Origin: a virus
Taxonomy: Duplodnaviria; Caudoviricetes
Length of the DNA stretch: 26,283 bases
Virus record (IMG/VR): IMGVR_UViG_3300035492_000096
Coordinates: 1-26,283 of that record
Reading direction: 5' to 3' (one strand)
Shown piece after piece: positions 26,161 through 26,283 of this stretch (its first letter is position 1; each line of letters begins with the position of its first letter). Position numbers and translations under genes: made by a program. The notes under the pieces are model-generated. The model was not told the origin of the DNA, ran no database searches, and saw nothing but the letters and a program-made list of their open reading frames with translations.

Positions 26161-26283
26161 TCATTCAATCACTACGTGCTCATTGAACTTACGTTTCAAA
26201 CTAAGATGAGCTTCATCCATCACAATCAATTCACTGTTGGGATAGCTATTCTGACCCTCGAACGAATGACTAATGAAAAACAC
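26161..26283 (-). CDS. sbcC: C-terminal end of an SbcC/Rad50-like ABC ATPase (phiKZ gp165-like); 5' part outside the window
   Basis: Manual translation: VFFISHSFEGQNSYPNSELIVMDEAHLSLKRKFNEHVVIE*. hhhISH is the H-loop near the C-terminus of SMC/Rad50 ATPases, and the context fits. Only 40 residues are visible. Confidence 0.6.
   Translation of the reverse strand: MFFISHSFEGQNSYPNSELIVMDEAHLSLKRKFNEHVVIE

Overview
This window is a core-genome segment of a phiKZ-like (Chimalliviridae-type) jumbo phage, most likely infecting a Gram-negative host because it carries a probable two-component spanin. It encodes three subunits of the split virion RNA polymerase: a large beta N-terminal part that runs off the left edge and is absent from the ORF track, a beta' N-terminal part with NADFDGD, and a small beta C-terminal part. 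It also holds a 2066-aa tail protein with a C-terminal lytic transglycosylase and its partner structural gene, a UvsX/RecA-like recombinase, an RNase HI with a long C-terminal extension, several virion and hypothetical proteins, and the 3' end of an SbcC/Rad50-like ATPase at the right edge. No tRNA, rRNA, CRISPR array, intron or mobile element was recognised. The best leads are a NADAR/T4 gp30.3-like protein (candidate DNA ADP-ribosylation eraser), a family of U-tract-less hairpins followed by TATGCYGT at convergent junctions, paired [IV]SME candidate protease sites inside the RNAP beta subunit, and TATG late-promoter-like motifs at all four divergent junctions. Correspondences to phiKZ gene numbers come from recalled motifs and context, not from database searches. 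No wholly new system is demonstrable from the sequence alone.
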